From the NCBI GenBank assembly GCA_041937175.2, contig CP166615.1:3200001-3264000 (forward strand): a DNA stretch of 64,000 nt, read 5' to 3'. Made by a program: the position numbers and the translations under genes. Shown here one piece after another: positions 33,658 to 44,181 of the stretch. Every line of letters starts with the position of its first letter. Within the stretch, counting starts at the first letter, position 1. The DNA is from Limnothrix sp. BL-A-16. GTDB taxonomy: Bacteria > Cyanobacteriota > Cyanobacteriia > CACIAM-69d. The notes beneath the pieces were generated by a model. The model searched no databases. It was not told the origin of the DNA and worked only from the letters and a program-made list of their open reading frames with translations.

Positions 33658-33734
33658 TAGTCTTTACCTAAAATAATTGGCACGCCATATCGCAAATGCC
33701 ATTAAGCAACGATTCGGTGGACATTGCCCACCCT

Positions 33735-33880
33735 ACTGGCGCGGCTGCCTTAATTTACGGGGTTAAAGTCGCGAAGTTAGTCGTAGTAACAAGGGGCTTA
33801 AGCCCCTTGCTGCCTAACGATCTGGTGACGGCAACAGTCATTTGATTTGACCTATCAAAATAAGCTTGACACGCCACTAC
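33735..33880 (-). mobile_element. Inverted, diverged copy of the palindrome-containing MITE; boundaries approximate
   Basis: Palindrome 33790-33809 flanked by the reverse complement of the 21060-21096 context; end CTTGACACGCCACTA. Confidence 0.5.
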
Positions 33881-33926
33881 GGGCAGATCAAAACTGATCA
33901 AACATACTCATCAGAAAAATATCCAT

Positions 33927-33955
33927 AAAAAAATGGGAGCCGTTTAAAACTCCCA
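33927..33955 (-). terminator. Rho-independent terminator downstream of hli
   Basis: TGGGAG...CTCCCA stem with A7 on + strand (U-tail on minus). Confidence 0.6.
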
Positions 33956-34036
33956 CTCACCTGACTTTAGAGACCTTAGAGACTAGAGAGACTGGTGTCC
34001 GAATCACGACAGTCGCTATCTGCCTTCGTGCTGCCG

Positions 34037-34189
34037 TTAGCGCAGTCCCCAAAAGTGCATGACCCCTTGTCGGGAAAGCAATTCTGTGACCATGGCCGCG
34101 AGGATGCCGAGCATTGCCAAGCGACCATTCCAAACTTCGGCGGTGGCGGTGAAGCCCCACGGATGGGCTGTGCGACTGTTGGTTTTCAT
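34037..34189 (-). CDS. hli: High-light-inducible protein (HLIP/SCP, 50 aa)
   Basis: WGFT..AEVWNGRLAMLG chlorophyll-binding motif; GGAG RBS at 34197-34200. Confidence 0.93.
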   Translation of the reverse strand: MKTNSRTAHPWGFTATAEVWNGRLAMLGILAAMVTELLSRQGVMHFWGLR

Positions 34190-34202
34190 CGACCAACTCC
34201 TA

Positions 34203-34220
34203 TTTGTAAAATAATGTAAC
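34203..34220 (-). promoter_or_regulatory. HLR1 element (RpaB binding site) upstream of hli
   Basis: GTTACATT-AT-TTTACAAA matches (G/T)TTACA(T/A)(T/A)-N2 direct-repeat consensus. Confidence 0.85.
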
Positions 34221-34410
34221 AAATACTTGTTGATCGTGCAACTTTGTTTCTCAGGTGCTTGCCAAATCGACGGAAATGGGCATTTTTTGACCGTTGATTA
34301 GCCCCATGGATCAGCCCTGTTGATCCATGTTGATCCACCCTGGTAGCCGCATGGTCGATCGCAATCATCGCCTCAGGGTTGAGTGGTCAGCCCAAACCTG
34401 ACCACCCCGA

Positions 34411-35415
34411 TCATCCCTGTGATCGCAAGAGATCTTCAATGGACGATCGCAGGGGCAAGGCATCGATCGCCCCCGGTTTGGTGGTGGTCAAGGCTCCGGC
34501 CGCGCTGGCAAAGGCCACGACCGATCGAGCAACGGCCGGATCGGCCAAGGCCGCCAGCCCCCGTTCCAACAGTTGCGCCACAAACCCCGCCGTGAAGGCA
34601 TCGCCCGCCCCGGTTGTGTCCACCACAGGCACATTGAAAGCGGGCATTACTCCCCCATGGCCACTGATCCAGTAATGACAACCGCGCTCCCCGTCCGTGA
34701 CCAGCACGGCTTCTAGGTGATCCAACTTGTCCGCGATCATCATGGGATCGTGGGTATGGAACAGCCAATCGGCCTCCTCCCGCGCCAACTTCAGAAAATC
34801 CACCCGCTCCAGCAACGGCATCATCGATCCCGGTGCAATGCCTGGATCGGGCCAAAAGACCGATCGCCAGTTCACATCCAACACAATTTTGAGATAGTGC
34901 TCATCGGCCAAGTCCAAGGCCCGGCGGATGGCAGCGCTGCTGTCGGGATAGGCCAAGGCCAAAGTGCCCAACACCAAGCAATCGGCCGCTTGGAACTGCC
35001 GCGCCAACAGCAAGGAAGCTTGCAGCCGGGTATCGGCAAATTCTCGGGTGTCGTGGCCAATGTATCCACCGCTGCGAAAGGCGGCAAACTGGCGATCGCC
35101 CCGATCGTCCCGCAAGACGCAAACTTCACGGGTGGGGGCGGTGGGATGACGTTGCACTCCGTCCAAATTCACCCCCAAACTTTGCAGTTCCCCCAGCAGG
35201 CGATCGGCCGACTGCTCACTGCCCACACAGCCCACAAACCCAGCCGACACCCCCAACCGGCTGAGGGCACAAGCCACATTGGCCGGCGCACCACCGGGGT
35301 AGGTTGTCCAAGACTCCACCGCTTCGATCGATCGGCCGGGTTGATCAGCCAGACAGTCCCAAAGCAATTCACCCACGCAAAGGACTTGCGGGGAGGAGAC
35401 GCGCGCAGTCGTCAT
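34411..35415 (-). CDS. PfkB-family carbohydrate kinase (fructokinase-like)
   Basis: GGAPANVA, LDVNWR, VDTTGAGDAFTAGF. Confidence 0.92.
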   Translation of the reverse strand: MTTARVSSPQVLCVGELLWDCLADQPGRSIEAVESWTTYPGGAPANVACALSRLGVSAGFVGCVGSEQSADRLLGELQSLGVNLDGVQRHPTAPTREVCVLRDDRGDRQFAAFRSGGYIGHDTREFADTRLQASLLLARQFQAADCLVLGTLALAYPDSSAAIRRALDLADEHYLKIVLDVNWRSVFWPDPGIAPGSMMPLLERVDFLKLAREEADWLFHTHDPMMIADKLDHLEAVLVTDGERGCHYWISGHGGVMPAFNVPVVDTTGAGDAFTAGFVAQLLERGLAALADPAVARSVVAFASAAGALTTTKPGAIDALPLRSSIEDLLRSQG

Positions 35416-35828
35416 GATCTCTCCTCGGTTAAGCTGGATTCGATCGGCCAATGCCGATCTATCTAGTTATTGGACTAGTTATTGGACGGTTGATTGATTA
35501 GACGGTTACTCGTGGTTATTCAGCCGTAGATCACCGCCCCATGGTGTTCCCGCCAGTCACGAAGGCAATTCAGCAAATTTGATTTCAATTCAGCCAATTC
35601 AATTCAGCGGATGTTGCCACTCCCATCGGCAATCGGCAGGGTCTTCCGAAGACCGAGGGTTTTTAGCCCAGTTCAATGGGGTCTGTCCTCTGAATCCAGC
35701 ATAACAAGCCACTTCTAGGCTGCTTGTGACAAAAAATGAATCTCTGTTAACGAGTGCGTCCCTCTGTTAAAAGCAGTTGATTTAGAAGCAGTTGATTAAC
35801 CCGTTGATTAACCCTTGCCCAGGCCTTC

Positions 35829-36923
35829 ATGAGGATCATGCCGCAGAGATCGCCTCTCTCAACCCCAGCCCCCACCGTTTACCCTCGCCCCGCTGGACTA
35901 ACGGGAACCGGGAGGCGGTCAAACAGTGGGCAAAGTCGGAAGCGATCGAGAAGAGCGTGGGGGTTGCGCCCGTTGCGGGTGTTGTTGGTGATGGTTTGGC
36001 TGGTGCTGCTGGGGGGCTGTGTGGATTTGGATACGGAGGTGCGGTTTCCGGATGCCAACCATGGCGCATTGGTACAAACGGTGCGGCTGAGTGAAGGGTG
36101 GCAGGTGTGGGGCGAGGCCACGGCCAAGGCCTGGCTCGATCGCTGGGCCGCCCAAGCCAAGACGATCGGGGGTCAAGTGTTGGAACAAAGCGATCGAACC
36201 CTGACGATCGCCATTCCCTTCCAGAACGGGCAAGATTTACAATCCACCTTTCAGACATTCAGCCAAACCCTGGGAATCGTCGATCAAGAGGCGGCGAAGT
36301 CTGGCGATCGCTCCGGCCACCAGACCACCGCAGCCCAAACGAGATCCCTTGCCAGAGGGGGCGATCGGTTAGCCGATCAAACGCTAAAGGTGAATGGGGA
36401 TTCGCTACCGGATCCGGCTTTGCTCGATCCCTTGGCCTTTCCCAGCCAGTTCCAATTGCAACAGCAAAATTGGTTGGTCGCTGTCCGAAACCAACTTCGC
36501 TACGAGGTGGACTTGCGATCGCTGGCGGCCCTGGGCGGCGAGCAGTTGGCCCTGGTGGACACGAGCCGGCTCTTGCGTTGGCAATTTGGCTTGCGAGTGC
36601 CCCATTGGGGCCAAGGCACTATCCAACCGCCCCACCCGGAACCCGACTTGAACCCCCAAGCAGGACAACCGGGCCCGATCCAGCCCAACCGCCCCAGCCC
36701 CCAACGGCAACAGGGCCGCTGGGTTTGGACTCTGGAACCGGGCACGGTCACCACGATCGAAGCGGTGTTTTGGGTTCCCAGTTGGGTGGGCATTGGCGGC
36801 CTGATGATTGGGTTATTCGGGGCGATCGGGTGGTGGCGTTGGCGACCGATCCCGACCAGTTCTCTCTCAAAAACGGAAGCCGCCGAAACCCCCAACCCAA
36901 CCGATTCCACCCCTGCCCACTGA
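35829..36923 (+). CDS. DUF3153-like lipoprotein/membrane protein; start uncertain
   Basis: LLGGC lipobox-like motif, QQQNWLVAVRNQLRYEVDLRSL, WTLEPG..IEAVFWVPSWVGIG C-terminal TM. Confidence 0.7.
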   Translation: MRIMPQRSPLSTPAPTVYPRPAGLTGTGRRSNSGQSRKRSRRAWGLRPLRVLLVMVWLVLLGGCVDLDTEVRFPDANHGALVQTVRLSEGWQVWGEATAKAWLDRWAAQAKTIGGQVLEQSDRTLTIAIPFQNGQDLQSTFQTFSQTLGIVDQEAAKSGDRSGHQTTAAQTRSLARGGDRLADQTLKVNGDSLPDPALLDPLAFPSQFQLQQQNWLVAVRNQLRYEVDLRSLAALGGEQLALVDTSRLLRWQFGLRVPHWGQGTIQPPHPEPDLNPQAGQPGPIQPNRPSPQRQQGRWVWTLEPGTVTTIEAVFWVPSWVGIGGLMIGLFGAIGWWRWRPIPTSSLSKTEAAETPNPTDSTPAH

Positions 36924-37137
36924 GCCGTTTCCGTGCCCATCGGAACCTGATCGCCCCAACCTCGGCCCTGAAAATGACTCTGAAAACTGTCGCCTGTGAA
37001 CCTTGCGGATCGGGGGCATTTTTTAGAATAACCTCCACAGAACCCGCGCCCCAATCACTCCCGGATCCAGGCTTGGATCGGGGTTTAGACCACGGCTTGT
37101 TTGCTCAACCTCGGCCTACACACAACCTGACACTGTT

Positions 37138-39261
37138 ATGACCGCCCAGCTTCGCATTCTGATGTGCTCGCCTGACCACTACGATGTGGATTATGTGATT
37201 AATCCCTGGATGGAGGGCAATGTCCACAAGTCCTCGCGCGATCGGGCAGTGGAGCAGTGGCAAAAACTCTACAAAGTGCTCAAGGCCCGGGCGATCGTCG
37301 ATTTGGTGGAACCGGCCAAGGGTTGGCCCGACATGGTGTTCACCGCCAACGCTGGCCTGGTGCTGGGAGACAAGGCCGTCCTCAGTCGCTTCTATCACAA
37401 GGAACGGCAGGGCGAAGAACCCTACTTCAAAGCCTGGTTTGAGCAAAACGGCTTCACGGTTTACGAACTGCCCAAGGATTTGCCCTTTGAAGGGGCCGGC
37501 GATGCCCTGTTCGATCGCGAAGGGCGTTGGCTTTGGGCGGGCTATGGCTTCCGCTCCGAATTGGACTCGCATCCCTACCTGGCCCAATGGCTGGATATTG
37601 AGGTGTTGTCCCTGCATTTGGTTGATGAGCGGTTCTATCACCTGGATACCTGCTTCTGCCCCCTCGAAGGCGGCTACTTGCTCTACTATCCCGGTGCATT
37701 CGATGCCTACTCCAACCAACTGATTGAGCGACGGGTTCCGGCGGCCAAGCGGATTGCGATCGAGGAAGCCGACGCGGTGAACTTTGCCTGCAACTCCGTC
37801 AACCTGGGCCAAGTGGTGGTCATGAACAAGGCCAGCAACAGCCTGAAATCCGCCCTGGCGCGGGCCGGGTTTGAGGTGGTGGAAACGCCCCTCACGGAAT
37901 TCCTGAAAGCGGGCGGCGCGGCCAAATGCCTGACCCTGCGGGTGAATGAGCCGGTGATGGAAGATCGCCATGCGGTGGCCGGCGTTGAAACCCGTGTGAT
38001 CCAAATGCAAGGGCACTTGCTGGACTCGGGGCTAATTAACCGCGCCCTGGACTTGATCGTGGAAGGGGGCGGCAGCTTCCAAGTGTTGGATTTTCGGTTG
38101 GGTGAGCAGCGCCAAAGCACCTCCGCCGCTCGGATCAAGGTTTCCGCGCCATCCCATGAGGTGATGGAAGAGTTGATGGCCCAGTTGATCGATCTGGGGG
38201 CCGTGGCTCCGGACGATCGCTCCGAGCGCGACGCGCAGTTGGAACCCATTGAGCTGCCCGGCGTAGCTCCCGATGACTTTTACGTCACCACCATTTACCC
38301 CACGGAAGTGCGCGTTCAAGGCCAGTGGATTCGCCTGCAAAATCAACGGATGGACGGGGCGATCGCGATCGCGGGACTGAACGAAGGGCAACTGGTGGCT
38401 CGCTGCAAACTGCTGCGGGATCTGGAGTTGGGTGAATATGTGGTGACCGGCATTGACGGGATCCGCACGGTGCGCAAGGCAGAGGCCCGGGGCGATCGCA
38501 CGGCCCGCGAATCCCAGGAATTCACCTTCATGGGATCCGGCGTTTCCAGTGAGCGCCGCGTGGAGCTGGTGGTGGAACAAATTGCTTGGGAACTGCGCCA
38601 GGTGCGGGAACGGCGCGGCAAAACCGTTGTGGTGGCCGGGCCGGTGGTGATCCACACGGGCGGCGGTGAACACCTCTCACGGCTGATCCGCGAAGGCTAT
38701 GTCCATGCATTGCTGGGCGGCAACGCGATCGCCGTTCACGACATGGAACAAGCCCTGATGGGCACTTCCTTGGGAGTGGACATGAAGCAAGGAATCGCCG
38801 TGCGCGGCGGCCACCGCCACCACCTGAAGACGATCAACACCATTCGCCGTTGCGGCAACATTGCCAAGGCCGTTGAACAGGGTGTGTTGACCAACGGGAT
38901 CATGTACGAGTGCGTCAAGCAGGATGTGCCCTTTGTGCTGGCGGGATCCATCCGGGATGATGGCCCCTTGCCGGATACGGTGACGGACATGGTGGAAGCC
39001 CAGCAGGCCTACGCCAAGCTGCTGGAAGGGGCAGACACCATCATCATGCTGTCTTCGATGCTCCACTCGATCGGGGTGGGCAACATGACCCCGGCGGGCG
39101 TGAAGCTGGTTTGCGTGGACATCAACCCGGCGGTGGTGACCAAACTGGCCGATCGCGGCTCCCTGGAGTCTGTGGGCGTGGTGACCGATGTGGGTCTGTT
39201 CCTGAGCCTGCTGATGCGGCAGTTGGATAAGCTGGAAAGCCCCTACGAACTGGCAGTTTAG
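37138..39261 (+). CDS. argZ: Arginine dihydrolase ArgZ / AgrE (amidinotransferase + LOR/SDH + TIGR00300 domains)
   Basis: YVINPWM, DMVFTANAG, FEGAGD, FYHLDTCF, KAGGAAKCLTL; GHLLDSG, APDDFYVTT, LAGSIRDDGPLP, SMLHSIGVGN. Confidence 0.93.
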   Translation: MTAQLRILMCSPDHYDVDYVINPWMEGNVHKSSRDRAVEQWQKLYKVLKARAIVDLVEPAKGWPDMVFTANAGLVLGDKAVLSRFYHKERQGEEPYFKAWFEQNGFTVYELPKDLPFEGAGDALFDREGRWLWAGYGFRSELDSHPYLAQWLDIEVLSLHLVDERFYHLDTCFCPLEGGYLLYYPGAFDAYSNQLIERRVPAAKRIAIEEADAVNFACNSVNLGQVVVMNKASNSLKSALARAGFEVVETPLTEFLKAGGAAKCLTLRVNEPVMEDRHAVAGVETRVIQMQGHLLDSGLINRALDLIVEGGGSFQVLDFRLGEQRQSTSAARIKVSAPSHEVMEELMAQLIDLGAVAPDDRSERDAQLEPIELPGVAPDDFYVTTIYPTEVRVQGQWIRLQNQRMDGAIAIAGLNEGQLVARCKLLRDLELGEYVVTGIDGIRTVRKAEARGDRTARESQEFTFMGSGVSSERRVELVVEQIAWELRQVRERRGKTVVVAGPVVIHTGGGEHLSRLIREGYVHALLGGNAIAVHDMEQALMGTSLGVDMKQGIAVRGGHRHHLKTINTIRRCGNIAKAVEQGVLTNGIMYECVKQDVPFVLAGSIRDDGPLPDTVTDMVEAQQAYAKLLEGADTIIMLSSMLHSIGVGNMTPAGVKLVCVDINPAVVTKLADRGSLESVGVVTDVGLFLSLLMRQLDKLESPYELAV

Positions 39262-39364
39262 GCGTTGCAGTTTAGGCGTTAGGTATTAGGCGGGCTGGGT
39301 TTCGGAGCCATCCACTTTGGCGACCGATCCCAGCCCCTGTCAGTCCATGGCTGCCACAACCGGC

Positions 39365-40687
39365 CTAGGTCTTGAGCAATCCATGCATTCCCGCCAATAA
39401 CACCCAGCCCAATAAATTCACCCGCAAATCAAATAGGGTGACATCCAAGAGATGGTAAGCGGCGAGATTGGCGAATCCTAACCCCCAAGCGGCCAAACGG
39501 GTTTGGGAGTCCCGATCGCCCCAACGGCCGATCGCCCGGGTGAACTGGGCCATGATCCAGCCACAGAGGCAGATCAGCCCCAAAGCCGCTGGCCAGCCCG
39601 TTTCCATGGCCAACATCAGGGCCAAGTTGTGGGGATGGCCCAGCCAATTGCCTGTGGCCCGTTCATACAGTCCCGTGAAGTTGCCCAAACCCCAACCCGT
39701 CCAAGGCCGCTGGGCGGCCAAGTTCCAAGCGAAGTCCCACTGACTCCGGCGCAGGGTGGCTTCGGGGCGATCGGGATACAGGGCATCATTCAGCCGGCCC
39801 CAAATGGCCTTCGGGACGATCGACCTCAGGGGACCGGCGGCCGGTTCGGGGCCAAAGGCCGCTCCCAGCACCAAGGCGATCGCCCCGCCCGCCAGGGCCA
39901 ACAACCAAAACCAACCCACGTATAACCCCGCCGCCAACAGGTCGATCGCGGCCAGGGCCCAACCACTGCGCGAGTCCGTTAGCCCGATCGCCCCCAGCAG
40001 CAACAGCACCGATAATCCATTGCCCAGGATCACCCCCCAACCGAGGGCAGCATGGGTCGATCGGTGGGTTTGCGCCCGTCGCCACCGCTCCCCATCCATC
40101 ACCAACAACCCCAGGGCCAGCACCAGCGCCACCCCAAAGTAGCTGGCGGTCACGTTGGCATATTCAAAAGCCGAAGACAGCCGCCCTGGCGGATTGCCGC
40201 CCGCGGCCAAAATCCAGTCAACGATCGGCACGACGCGCACCGGGCCGCGCCATCCCCCAAACAGTTGCCCCAACCCCAACCCCACGGCGGGCAGACAACC
40301 CCACACGATCGCCTGAGCCAAGGGCCGCAGGTGCGATCGATGGGTGATCAGTTGGCTGAAGGCCCCAAAGGCCCAAAAAAACGGCAAAAAATTCGCCAGA
40401 CCCAACGCCGCCCGCTCCAGGTTGGGCGAACCGGGCAAGGACAGCAACATCACCAGGCCGATCGCCCCCCAGGCCCAAACCAGCCGATCGCGCCGGATCG
40501 CATCCCAGCGTTGCCAGTAGGTGGCAATGATCGCCAACCCGATCGCCACCGCCCCCAAGGCCGGACTCAGGGGCAAAACCAACAGCCCCCACCAAAGCCC
40601 CGCCCAAGGCCCCAACAGGGCCGGGTCAATCACAATCGAGCGCGTGGGCCCCAGCCAAACTCGCTCCAGCGCGGCCAACTTCCCCAT
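39365..40687 (-). CDS. O-antigen ligase (Wzy_C)-family membrane protein
   Basis: Many TMs, LTDSRSGW, RPWTGWGLGNF, HPHNLAL. Confidence 0.85.
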   Translation of the reverse strand: MGKLAALERVWLGPTRSIVIDPALLGPWAGLWWGLLVLPLSPALGAVAIGLAIIATYWQRWDAIRRDRLVWAWGAIGLVMLLSLPGSPNLERAALGLANFLPFFWAFGAFSQLITHRSHLRPLAQAIVWGCLPAVGLGLGQLFGGWRGPVRVVPIVDWILAAGGNPPGRLSSAFEYANVTASYFGVALVLALGLLVMDGERWRRAQTHRSTHAALGWGVILGNGLSVLLLLGAIGLTDSRSGWALAAIDLLAAGLYVGWFWLLALAGGAIALVLGAAFGPEPAAGPLRSIVPKAIWGRLNDALYPDRPEATLRRSQWDFAWNLAAQRPWTGWGLGNFTGLYERATGNWLGHPHNLALMLAMETGWPAALGLICLCGWIMAQFTRAIGRWGDRDSQTRLAAWGLGFANLAAYHLLDVTLFDLRVNLLGWVLLAGMHGLLKT

Positions 40688-40703
40688 GGCCTAGGCTCGC
40701 TCC

Positions 40704-41561
40704 CTAGGCAAATCCGTAGGCGATCGCGTCATCGCCGCGTGTCATCCGAATTTGGGCCAGGGCAAACACCGCCGGCACAATCCGCCCGTAGTTGGTGGCG
40801 ATCGTTCGCCAACCCAAATCCGCAAAAAACCAGCCCCACATCAGGGGCCCCATCACTGCCAACACCGTTTGCGCAGCGCCATAGCGAGCGGCCGTCATCA
40901 TCATCCCCCGCTGGGCCATCTTGGCTGCCACTTGGGTTTCCAGGGCCGCCGCCGCACCGCCGGAAGCTGCGATCGCCACCTGGGCCGACTGATATCGCAC
41001 CATGTGGGTCACAAACTGTTGGGCAATTTGCCGCAACACCAGGGGCCGCACCACCGCATCCAGGGCGATCGCGCCGCCCCCTTCCAACAGCAGCCGCACC
41101 GGATCGCGCCGCAGGGCTGCGGGAATGGCATCCACACCGGGAATCGTGGCGATCGACCGTTGCAAATCCTTGGTCAGGGCGGCCCGTTGCCGCTTGGGCA
41201 ATCGCTTCCAGGCCCGATCGAGCAAGTGTAGAAAAACTTCCGCCTCCAGTTCCGTGGCTGTCCAGGTTTCACCGTAGGGCAATCGCAGATGTTGGCAAAC
41301 CCTGACCAACACATCGCGGTAGGTCACCTCATGGAACCGCCCCCGCAACACCGTTAACCCGTCGGCAGCCAAGTAGCGAAATCGACGGTCGATCGCATCT
41401 AACCAAGCATCCCGATCGCGGCTCTGTACCGACAGGGGATCGGGCGTGGCAACGTAGTCCAAGGGGTTAAACTTCCGCGCGAACAGCATCTCCGTCAGTT
41501 CGCGTAACTCATCATTAGTTGCTAATTCCAATGCTGCTCGCAGTTCGTCCACAGCCCCCAC
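40704..41561 (-). CDS. YaaW/UPF0174-family conserved protein
   Basis: DELRAALELAT..EL, RKFNPLDY, RFRYLAADG, ADLGWRTIATNYGRIVP. Confidence 0.75.
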   Translation of the reverse strand: MGAVDELRAALELATNDELRELTEMLFARKFNPLDYVATPDPLSVQSRDRDAWLDAIDRRFRYLAADGLTVLRGRFHEVTYRDVLVRVCQHLRLPYGETWTATELEAEVFLHLLDRAWKRLPKRQRAALTKDLQRSIATIPGVDAIPAALRRDPVRLLLEGGGAIALDAVVRPLVLRQIAQQFVTHMVRYQSAQVAIAASGGAAAALETQVAAKMAQRGMMMTAARYGAAQTVLAVMGPLMWGWFFADLGWRTIATNYGRIVPAVFALAQIRMTRGDDAIAYGFA

Positions 41562-41966
41562 TCCGCATCATTTTCAGCGTGATTGCCAGCGTTTAAATAG
41601 CGTTTGAATCGCCAATGAATGGCTCGCTAATAGCCTGTTTATGGCTTGGTTTCTATGGCTTGGGTGAGTCAGCGCCAATCGTTCCCAAGGGTGTTACACA
41701 AGGGCGCAGGAATGACAACTCAACGCCTAAATTTGCTTCGCCTTGGGGTCAGCCCCATTGTACAAAGGGATGGGAAAACGCCCATGACCTTGGCGCAAAA
41801 TCTCGCTACAATCTTTAGATTTTCTTTGCATTCCGTCTTTGGTATCTGAAGTTCAGTTAACCCTGACAGTTGGCTTGACCGTTTGGCCAGTGATGCTGGG
41901 TTGCCCCAAAAATAACGCAAAGTCTCCGTAAAATTCCTGGCCCGATCGCCCCGATATCAAGCCCCT

Positions 41967-43055
41967 ATGACAACGCTCCCCCCGGCTTTAACTCCCTCTA
42001 ATTCTGTCGTGGTGATTGGCGCAGGTTTGGCGGGACTCACGGCAGCTCACCATCTTCAGGCGGCCGGGCGATCGGTCGTGGTGCTGGAAAAGTCCCGGGG
42101 TCTGGGTGGGCGGCTAAATACCCGTCGCCATTTGGACAGTCGGGCCGATCGGGGTGTGCCCTACCTGGAACCCCAGGGGCCCTTAACGGCAGCTTGGATT
42201 CAGGAACTGCAAAGCACCTGCGACCTGCAACCTTGGCCCCAACCGCTCCATCACCTGACCGCCGGGGGCTTGCAGACCATCCCAGGGGATCAACGCTGGG
42301 CCCTGCCCACTGGCTTGAGCAGCGCGGCCAAACAGTTAGCCACTGGGTTAACAATCGCCCGTGGCCACCGGGCCATTGCCCTGACGGCTCCGGCAAACCC
42401 GGGACAGCCTTGGACGATTCAGTGTGATTTTCCGGCGGCGATCGAACCGGAGCAACAGCAGGAATTTTGGACTGCTGGGGCGATCGTGCTGGCCATTCCA
42501 GCTCCCCAGGCGGCGGACTTGCTGGAGTCGGTGGCTCCCGACTGGGCCAAGCGGGCCCGCCAAGTAACCTTCGATCCCTGCTTCAGCGTCACGGCCGCCT
42601 ATCCCCCCGATCGGGAATTGCAGTTGCCCGGAGGGAAAGCTTGGCAGGGAATTCGGGCCCAAATTCCCACCGATTGGCGCTGGTTAGCCCGCGAAGACAG
42701 CAAGGCCGACGGGATCGGGGCCATGGGGCAACCGGTGTTGCTGTTGCAAAGTTCGGCCGCGGTGGCCGAGCGGCTGTGGGATGTGCCCACCCTGGAGGCC
42801 GTGGGGCAAGCGCTGCTCGATCGGGCCGGGGCTGATCTGGGCTTGGATCTGCAACAGCCCGAATGGATTCAGGTACACCGCTGGCGCTACGCGATCGCCC
42901 GTAACCCATTGGCTGAGGGGTGCTGGATTGATCCCGATCGGGCCCTGGCGGTGGCAGGAGACTGGTGTGTTGCTCATCCACCCGGGCAATCCCTGGAAGC
43001 GGCCCTGCGATCGGGACTATCCGCCGCCCAAGACCTGCTAGCCCATTGTTTTTAG
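41967..43055 (+). CDS. FAD-dependent oxidoreductase (renalase-like)
   Basis: IGAGLAG, EKSRGLGGR, HRWRYA, AGDWC, EAALRSG. Confidence 0.88.
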   Translation: MTTLPPALTPSNSVVVIGAGLAGLTAAHHLQAAGRSVVVLEKSRGLGGRLNTRRHLDSRADRGVPYLEPQGPLTAAWIQELQSTCDLQPWPQPLHHLTAGGLQTIPGDQRWALPTGLSSAAKQLATGLTIARGHRAIALTAPANPGQPWTIQCDFPAAIEPEQQQEFWTAGAIVLAIPAPQAADLLESVAPDWAKRARQVTFDPCFSVTAAYPPDRELQLPGGKAWQGIRAQIPTDWRWLAREDSKADGIGAMGQPVLLLQSSAAVAERLWDVPTLEAVGQALLDRAGADLGLDLQQPEWIQVHRWRYAIARNPLAEGCWIDPDRALAVAGDWCVAHPPGQSLEAALRSGLSAAQDLLAHCF

Positions 43056-43116
43056 GGCATCACTGGTTTAAGTCCCTGCCGTCGATCGGGGTTTGAATCG
43101 ATCGCGCCCCTAGGTT

Positions 43117-43250
43117 TGGGGAATTAGACCTGGGGAATTAGACCTGGGGAATTAGACCTGGGGAATTAGACCTGGGGAATTAGACCTGGGGAATTAGACA
43201 TGGGGAATTAGACCTGGGGAATTAGACCTGGGGAATTAGACCTGGGGAAT
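43117..43250. repeat. 14-bp tandem repeat TGGGGAATTAGACC x ~9.5
   Basis: Read directly; one C>A variant at 43200. Confidence 0.95.
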
Positions 43251-43424
43251 CGCCTCGCCGGGAAACGCTTCCTCATATTCCGCAATCAAATCATCCAATT
43301 CTTCCAAGGCCTGGTTCACATCAATCCGAATCGGGCCCAAATCGGCTCGATCGAGCAGAGACAATAGATAATCCCGTTTGGCCACAATCGATCGCACCTG
43401 ATCTTTCAGCACTTGCACATCCAT
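43236..43424 (-). CDS. Small (62 aa) helical hypothetical protein
   Basis: MDVQVLKDQV...LGPIRIDVNQALEELDDLIAEY; amphipathic helices, ATG start. Confidence 0.7.
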   Translation of the reverse strand: MDVQVLKDQVRSIVAKRDYLLSLLDRADLGPIRIDVNQALEELDDLIAEYEEAFPGEAIPQV

Positions 43425-43590
43425 GGCAGAGTCATCCTCAGCTTTACTGGGGCGTTCTAAAGGGTTGGGGCAAAAGGTTTCGGGCCGGCTGTCCAGTCCT
43501 GTTGGTGCGGAGTTGGGGATCGCCCCATCCGCTGGACGAATGGGCCATTCCATCTCAGAATTTACATTAGTTCACGAATGGAACGCGATC

Positions 43591-44145
43591 GTGTTTGGCA
43601 GCCTTCCCCTTGCTCGAATTTTGCTTTATGCCGGTGGAGCCTTAACGGCGATCGCGGCAGTGGCCTACGTCATTGGTAACTCAACCCTGAATCTGATCAC
43701 CTTTTTTTATGGCGTGCCGGTGCTGTTGGGGGGCTTGGCCCTGAAGGCTGCGGAGTTGAAACCAGCCCCCTACAAAACTCCCACGTCTCCGGCAGTGGTC
43801 GCCCTGCGCGATCGCCTGGCCACGCCCACCCAAAACCAAGTCCGCAAGGACGTAACCCGCTATCGTTACGGCGAAGAGGCCCATCTTTCCTTGGCGTTGG
43901 AGCGTTTGGGCTTGGCCCCCACGGATCCTGAACGGCCCAAGTTGGTCAGTGTGGAAGAAGTGGATTTGCAGGGAGACTATGGGCTGATCTTGGAGTTTGA
44001 ATCTCCAAAAATGCCCTTTGAAACCTGGCAGACCAAGCGAGACAAGATTGAGCGCTTCTTTGGCCCCAACTTGCGAGCGGAGGTGGCCCAAGGCGAGGGT
44101 GCGATCGTGATTGTGTCGTTGATTTCACCAGCCCCGACGGCCTAG
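43591..44145 (+). CDS. DUF2854-family membrane protein (GTG start assumed)
   Basis: FFYGVPVLLGGLALKAAELKP, QVRKDVTRYRYG..AHL, IERFFGP. Confidence 0.8.
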   Translation: MFGSLPLARILLYAGGALTAIAAVAYVIGNSTLNLITFFYGVPVLLGGLALKAAELKPAPYKTPTSPAVVALRDRLATPTQNQVRKDVTRYRYGEEAHLSLALERLGLAPTDPERPKLVSVEEVDLQGDYGLILEFESPKMPFETWQTKRDKIERFFGPNLRAEVAQGEGAIVIVSLISPAPTA

Positions 44146-44181
44146 ATCTCCCCACGGGCCTCGATCGGGGGCTGCTGCTGC

